A stretch of 64,000 nt of DNA, from contig OY969724.1 in assembly GCA_963702205.1 (NCBI GenBank), positions 3,264,001 through 3,328,000 of the forward strand. The letters are read 5' to 3'. The DNA comes from an uncultured candidate division Zixibacteria bacterium (GTDB lineage Bacteria > Zixibacteria > MSB-5A5 > GN15 > PGXB01). Of this stretch, positions 59,694-64,000 are shown piece by piece (the stretch's first letter is position 1; every line of letters starts with the position of its first letter). Both the position numbers and the translations under genes were made by a program. Below the pieces are notes generated by a model, which searched no databases, was not told the DNA's origin, and saw only the letters and a list, made by a program, of their open reading frames with translations.

Positions 59694-61088
59694 TTACCGG
59701 GTGGAATTCTCCGCTAAATCGTGTTTTTCGGTTTTCAACTTCGCCACGGCCTTTTTGAACACATCGCCGCGATGCTCGAAATTGCGGAACATATCGAAAC
59801 TGGCGCAAGCCGGTGACAGCATGACGATTTCGCCCGGCGACGCCGCGCCGAACGCCACCGTCACCGCTTCTTCCATGCTCGACGCGAACTGTGCCGGGAA
59901 CGATTTACCCAGCGCGTCGAACATCTTCTCCCTCGCCTCGCCGATGAGGACTATCTCTTTTATCCTGCCTTTACCCGCCTCGATAATCGGGTCGAAACTG
60001 GTCCCCTTCTCGCGGCCGCCCGCGATGAGTACGACCGGGGCGTCGATCGAACGCAGGGCGTAGCACACGGAATCGACGTTGGTCGCCTTGGAATCGTTGA
60101 TGAAACGAATTTCCGTGACGGTATCGACCGCCTCCATACGGTGTTCCACTCCGGGAAATTCGCGCAAAGTCCCGGCGATAGTCTCCGACTCGACTCCCAG
60201 CAGCAGCGCCGCCAGCGAGGCCGCCGCGGCGTTCTGGAGGTTGTGCGGTCCGGGAATGCGGATGTCTTTGGCGTCGATTATCGGCGCCTTTAAATCACCC
60301 ACACTGCCGACCAGTGTCTCTCCCCTCTGAAAGACCCCGGTCGACAAAGTGCGGGCAACGGAAAACTGTATTTTTTGAGCTTTTGTCCCGATATTGTTTT
60401 GAGAGATGACATGATCATCGGCGTTCAATATCAACCAGTCATTATCCTGCATGTTTTCCGCGATGCGATACTTGGCCTTGCAGTACCCCGCGAAATCCTC
60501 GTACCGATCCAGATGATCGGGCGTCAGGTTAAGAATCATGGCTATATGTGGACGGAAATCTTCGATAAGCTCCAACTGAAAACTGGAAACTTCGAGTACC
60601 GCCACGCCGTTATCGGAAATGTTCAGCACGGCGTCGGAAAACGGATAGCCGATATTCCCGCACACGACCGATTCCACACCGGCGGCGTTGAGAATTTCAC
60701 CAATGAGCGTGGTCGTGGTGGTTTTTCCGTTGGACCCGGTGATGGCCACGATCGGAGCCCGGCAGTACCACGACGCCAGTTCTATCTCCGAAAATATCGG
60801 AATTCCCGCCCGCTGAATCTTTTGTACTATCGGTGCGGTCAACGGGACTCCGGGCGACAGAATCACGAAATCCGATTCAAGGATGCGATCGGTATGACCT
60901 CCGAATTCGTGGTCGATATTCAGCGCCTTGAGACCGGCGATTTCCTGAGCCAGTTGTTCGGCCGACCTGGTGTCGCTGACAAAGGGCGTCCCGCCGATGT
61001 TCTTGATCAGGCGAGCGGCCGCCATACCTGAGCGCGCCATCCCGACCACGCCGACTTTTCTTCCTTTAACTCTTTCTTTTGCCGTCAT
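59694..61088 (-). CDS. murD: UDP-MurNAc-L-Ala--D-Glu ligase
   Basis: GSNGKTT, EVSSFQL, NDSKATN and SPACASFD motifs. Confidence 0.97.
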   Translation of the reverse strand: MTAKERVKGRKVGVVGMARSGMAAARLIKNIGGTPFVSDTRSAEQLAQEIAGLKALNIDHEFGGHTDRILESDFVILSPGVPLTAPIVQKIQRAGIPIFSEIELASWYCRAPIVAITGSNGKTTTTTLIGEILNAAGVESVVCGNIGYPFSDAVLNISDNGVAVLEVSSFQLELIEDFRPHIAMILNLTPDHLDRYEDFAGYCKAKYRIAENMQDNDWLILNADDHVISQNNIGTKAQKIQFSVARTLSTGVFQRGETLVGSVGDLKAPIIDAKDIRIPGPHNLQNAAAASLAALLLGVESETIAGTLREFPGVEHRMEAVDTVTEIRFINDSKATNVDSVCYALRSIDAPVVLIAGGREKGTSFDPIIEAGKGRIKEIVLIGEAREKMFDALGKSFPAQFASSMEEAVTVAFGAASPGEIVMLSPACASFDMFRNFEHRGDVFKKAVAKLKTEKHDLAENSTR

Positions 61089-62173
61089 CGTATTTTTAAA
61101 GTGGCTAAGGTTAATAGTGCAAAAAGTGCTCCTATGATCCAGAAACGCGTCACCACTTTCGCCTCGGCCCAGCCGAGAAGTTCGAAATGATGGTGAATCG
61201 GCGCCATTTTGAACACTCGTTTTCCTCCACGGTACCTGTATGATAAAATCTGTATAATCACCGACAGGGCTTCGATTACGAACACCCCGCCGACAATCAC
61301 CAGAAGCAGTTCTTTTTTTATGAGTATCGCTATCGACCCCAACGCTCCGCCCAAAGCCAAAGCCCCCGTGTCACCCATAAACACCTCGGCCGGGTTGGAA
61401 TTAAACCACAAGAATCCCAGCGCCGCCCCCAGGGCTGCTCCACATAGTACGGCAAGCTCACCCGCTCCGGGAATGTACTCGATCTGCAAATAACTCGAAA
61501 AATCCGCCCGGCCCGCAAGGTACGCAAAAGCGGTGAACACCAGAAACGCAATCCCCGACAACCCAATCGCCAGACCGTCGCAGCCGTCGGTCAAATTGAC
61601 GGCATTGGAGGCGCCGGTCAGGACGAGTATGATAAATGGTATGTACAATATGCCGAGGTTTAACACGAAGTTCTTGAAGAACGGAATATCGGTTGTACCG
61701 TCGAAGCTGGCATTGGGCGGCATGTACACGAGTATCAACCCGAACACCAAACCCAGCGAAATCTGCCCGAATAACTTTTTACGCGCCACCATCCCCTTGG
61801 TCTGATGCTTGATGGCTTTGAGATAATCGTCCATAAATCCGATCAATCCCAGCCACATTGTCACCAGAAGCACCATCAGGATGAAATAATTGGTCAAATC
61901 GGCCCAGAGCAGGGTCGGGATCAATATCGAAAAGAGTATGATCAACCCGCCCATCGTCGGCGTTCCGGCCTTGGCCAGATGAGATTTCGGCCCTTCGGCC
62001 CGTATTTTTTCTTTAACCTGGTACTTCTTCAGCAACCTTATGAAGTACGGCCCAAGAAACAGTGAAATCAAAATGGCCGTGATGGTCGCGAAGGCCGCCC
62101 TGAACGTAATGTATCGGAACAGGTTGAACCCCGACACGTACGGTACCAAATGTGTAAACAGGTGATAAAACAT
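61085..62173 (-). CDS. mraY: Phospho-MurNAc-pentapeptide transferase
   Basis: GTPTMGG, NAVNLTDG.DGL, FMGDTG and MAPIHHHFE motifs. Confidence 0.97.
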   Translation of the reverse strand: MFYHLFTHLVPYVSGFNLFRYITFRAAFATITAILISLFLGPYFIRLLKKYQVKEKIRAEGPKSHLAKAGTPTMGGLIILFSILIPTLLWADLTNYFILMVLLVTMWLGLIGFMDDYLKAIKHQTKGMVARKKLFGQISLGLVFGLILVYMPPNASFDGTTDIPFFKNFVLNLGILYIPFIILVLTGASNAVNLTDGCDGLAIGLSGIAFLVFTAFAYLAGRADFSSYLQIEYIPGAGELAVLCGAALGAALGFLWFNSNPAEVFMGDTGALALGGALGSIAILIKKELLLVIVGGVFVIEALSVIIQILSYRYRGGKRVFKMAPIHHHFELLGWAEAKVVTRFWIIGALFALLTLATLKIR

Positions 62174-62174
62174 A

Positions 62175-63587
62175 TCAGCTCTTCTTAGCCGCCCTTTCTT
62201 CCAGGAGATCGAATATCTTATCCAGCGCGATTCCGCGCGATGCTTTCAGATAAGCAACATCCCCCCTCAGAGCGTTGCCTGTCATAAACTCACCGACCGC
62301 TTTGGCGTCGGCGAAGTGATGTACCTCACTTTTGGCGATTCCGGCTTCAATCGAAGCTGTACCTATATGCTGCGCCAGTCTGCCCACGGTGCAAATCAAA
62401 TCGAAATCCAGTTCGGGAAGTATCTTGCCCACTTTGCGATGAAAGTCGACTTCGCCCGACCCGAGTTCCAGCATGTCACCCAGCACCACGATAGTACGGG
62501 CATATTTATCTCCGGCGTCTTTGACATAGCGTTTGAACGACTTAAGGCCCGCCATCATGGAGACGGGATTCGCATTGTAGCTGTCATCGACAACCGTCAA
62601 GTCACCAAAATGCACTATCTGCCCCCGGTGGGGCGTTTTATCGAAATTCAAACCGTTCAGTTCGTCTTCGGTGGGGAAAAAGCCCAGTTCACGACATACC
62701 GCCGCTCCCGCCAGAACGTTATATATCTGAAAATCTCCGAACGTCGGTATCGTAAACGTACTCCGCTTAATCCTGTACTGAACGAATCCGTCTTTGTCGA
62801 CACCCAGTTTTTTGGCCGAAATATCAGCCGCGTCGGATAGTCCGAATGTCAAAAACGGCCGGTCGCGCCGAAACGCTTCGACGGCGATAAGATTGTCATC
62901 TATATTTATTATGGCCGGATGATCCGGCGACGAATTATCTATCAGGGCGAATTTTTCGACCGCGACGTTTTCGACCGTACCGAGTGTCTCAAGATGGGTC
63001 GGCCCGACGTTGGTTATGACCGCTATATCGGGATGCAGTATTTTCGCCAGGCGCGCCATCTCACCCGGGACAGAAATGCCCAGTTCGAACACGCCGTAGC
63101 GCGTGTTTTCCGGCATGGCCAAAATCGACAACGGCAGGCCATACAGATTATTGAAATTGCCGACCGAGCGGTAAGTACGTTCTTCCCGGTTCTTGATCAT
63201 ATCGTACGTAATATCTTTAGTCGTGGTCTTTCCGTTCGAGCCGGTTATGGCGATGTACGTCCCCGCCACGTGCTTGCGATAGGCAATCGCCAGGTCGATC
63301 AAAGCCCGGTGGGCATCGTCAACCATTACAGCAGGTGTACTATTTTTCATTTTCGGCGTTAATGCCGATTCATCCGAAATAAGCACTCCGGCACATCCAC
63401 GGCTTATAGCCTCTTTAATAAAATCGTGGCCGTTGTTCTTTTCACCGATTATGGCCACAAACAGCATATCTTTTTCGATAGCACGTGAGTCTATTGACAC
63501 GCCGGTAAAACGCACGGATTCGTGTTTATTTTCGGCAAGCCTGCCCCGGACGGCCCTCGCCAGAGTATTGCAATCTATATTTATCAT
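62175..63587 (-). CDS. murF: UDP-MurNAc-tripeptide--D-Ala-D-Ala ligase
   Basis: ITGSNGKTTTK, GNFNN..GLP, DSYNANP.SM, GDMLELG and KASRG motifs. Confidence 0.96.
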   Translation of the reverse strand: MINIDCNTLARAVRGRLAENKHESVRFTGVSIDSRAIEKDMLFVAIIGEKNNGHDFIKEAISRGCAGVLISDESALTPKMKNSTPAVMVDDAHRALIDLAIAYRKHVAGTYIAITGSNGKTTTKDITYDMIKNREERTYRSVGNFNNLYGLPLSILAMPENTRYGVFELGISVPGEMARLAKILHPDIAVITNVGPTHLETLGTVENVAVEKFALIDNSSPDHPAIINIDDNLIAVEAFRRDRPFLTFGLSDAADISAKKLGVDKDGFVQYRIKRSTFTIPTFGDFQIYNVLAGAAVCRELGFFPTEDELNGLNFDKTPHRGQIVHFGDLTVVDDSYNANPVSMMAGLKSFKRYVKDAGDKYARTIVVLGDMLELGSGEVDFHRKVGKILPELDFDLICTVGRLAQHIGTASIEAGIAKSEVHHFADAKAVGEFMTGNALRGDVAYLKASRGIALDKIFDLLEERAAKKS

Positions 63588-64000
63588 TGGGGCTGTTCCT
63601 CGGTAACACCCAGTTCAATCAGGGCCTGTCGAATTTCTTCGATTTCGCTGAACGGATATTTCACCGCCCCGATCTCCTGATAATCCTCCGCTCCCTTACC
63701 GGCAAATATCAGAATGTCGCCCGGTTTGGCGCGGGCGATCATTTCGCGGACGGCCTGCCGACGGTCGACGATAACGACTTTATTGTCACCTTTGATGCCC
63801 GGAAGAACCTCCTCGATGATATCATCCGGATTTTCGGTCCGGGGGTTGTCCGACGTTACAACCACCATATCGCTGTTCTCCGACGCCGCCGCACCCATCA
63901 GGGGACGCTTGCCCCGGTCACGGTCGCCGCCGCAGCCGAACAGGGTCAGCAGTCTGCCGGTTGTAATTTCGCGAGCGGACCGGCAAACCCGCTCAAGTGC
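63584..64000 (-). CDS. murE: MurE ligase, C-terminal part (5' end outside the window)
   Basis: LFGCGGDRDRGKRPLMG...SDNPRTE...AGKG. The DNPR motif is typical of meso-DAP-adding enzymes. Confidence 0.95.
   Translation of the reverse strand, partial: ALERVCRSAREITTGRLLTLFGCGGDRDRGKRPLMGAAASENSDMVVVTSDNPRTENPDDIIEEVLPGIKGDNKVVIVDRRQAVREMIARAKPGDILIFAGKGAEDYQEIGAVKYPFSEIEEIRQALIELGVTEEQPQ

Overview
Bacterial chromosome segment. Paired C-terminal dockerin-like repeats, porY-porX-tsaE and a T9SS-CTD-like tail suggest an FCB-related lineage such as Zixibacteria (inference only). Bases 1-9.2 kb are an AT-rich exopolysaccharide/glycosylation cluster, including a GT2 gene broken by a 1-bp frameshift. 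Bases 9.8-23.2 kb are two tandem, integrase-less islands at the 3' end of a minus-strand tRNA-Met(CAT). They are bounded by tRNA 3'-end repeats at 9789-9819 and 12629-12650. Each repeat is followed by a 34-bp tail whose 9 differences are all synonymous (PLLHFSIPIEID) and partly compensatory in a hairpin, which suggests an att site inside a coding sequence. The small island carries two cargo genes. The larger island is a stress/regulatory module: 2 LuxR response regulators, 2 ECF sigma factors, 2 stand-alone ATP-cone proteins, SPFH and small membrane proteins, with a recurrent TCAATC-N8-GATTGA promoter motif. Bases 23.3-33.3 kb hold envelope and accessory genes, a candidate sigma54 sRNA and a REP-like palindrome cluster. 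Bases 33.3-64 kb are mostly core genes: mazG, valS, a sigma54 two-component set, folC, accD, rimI, tsaB, tsaE, porX/porY, serS, rpmB, an orphan flagellin-like gene and the dcw cluster (ftsZ to murE). No CRISPR array, rRNA or intact integrase/transposase was seen.
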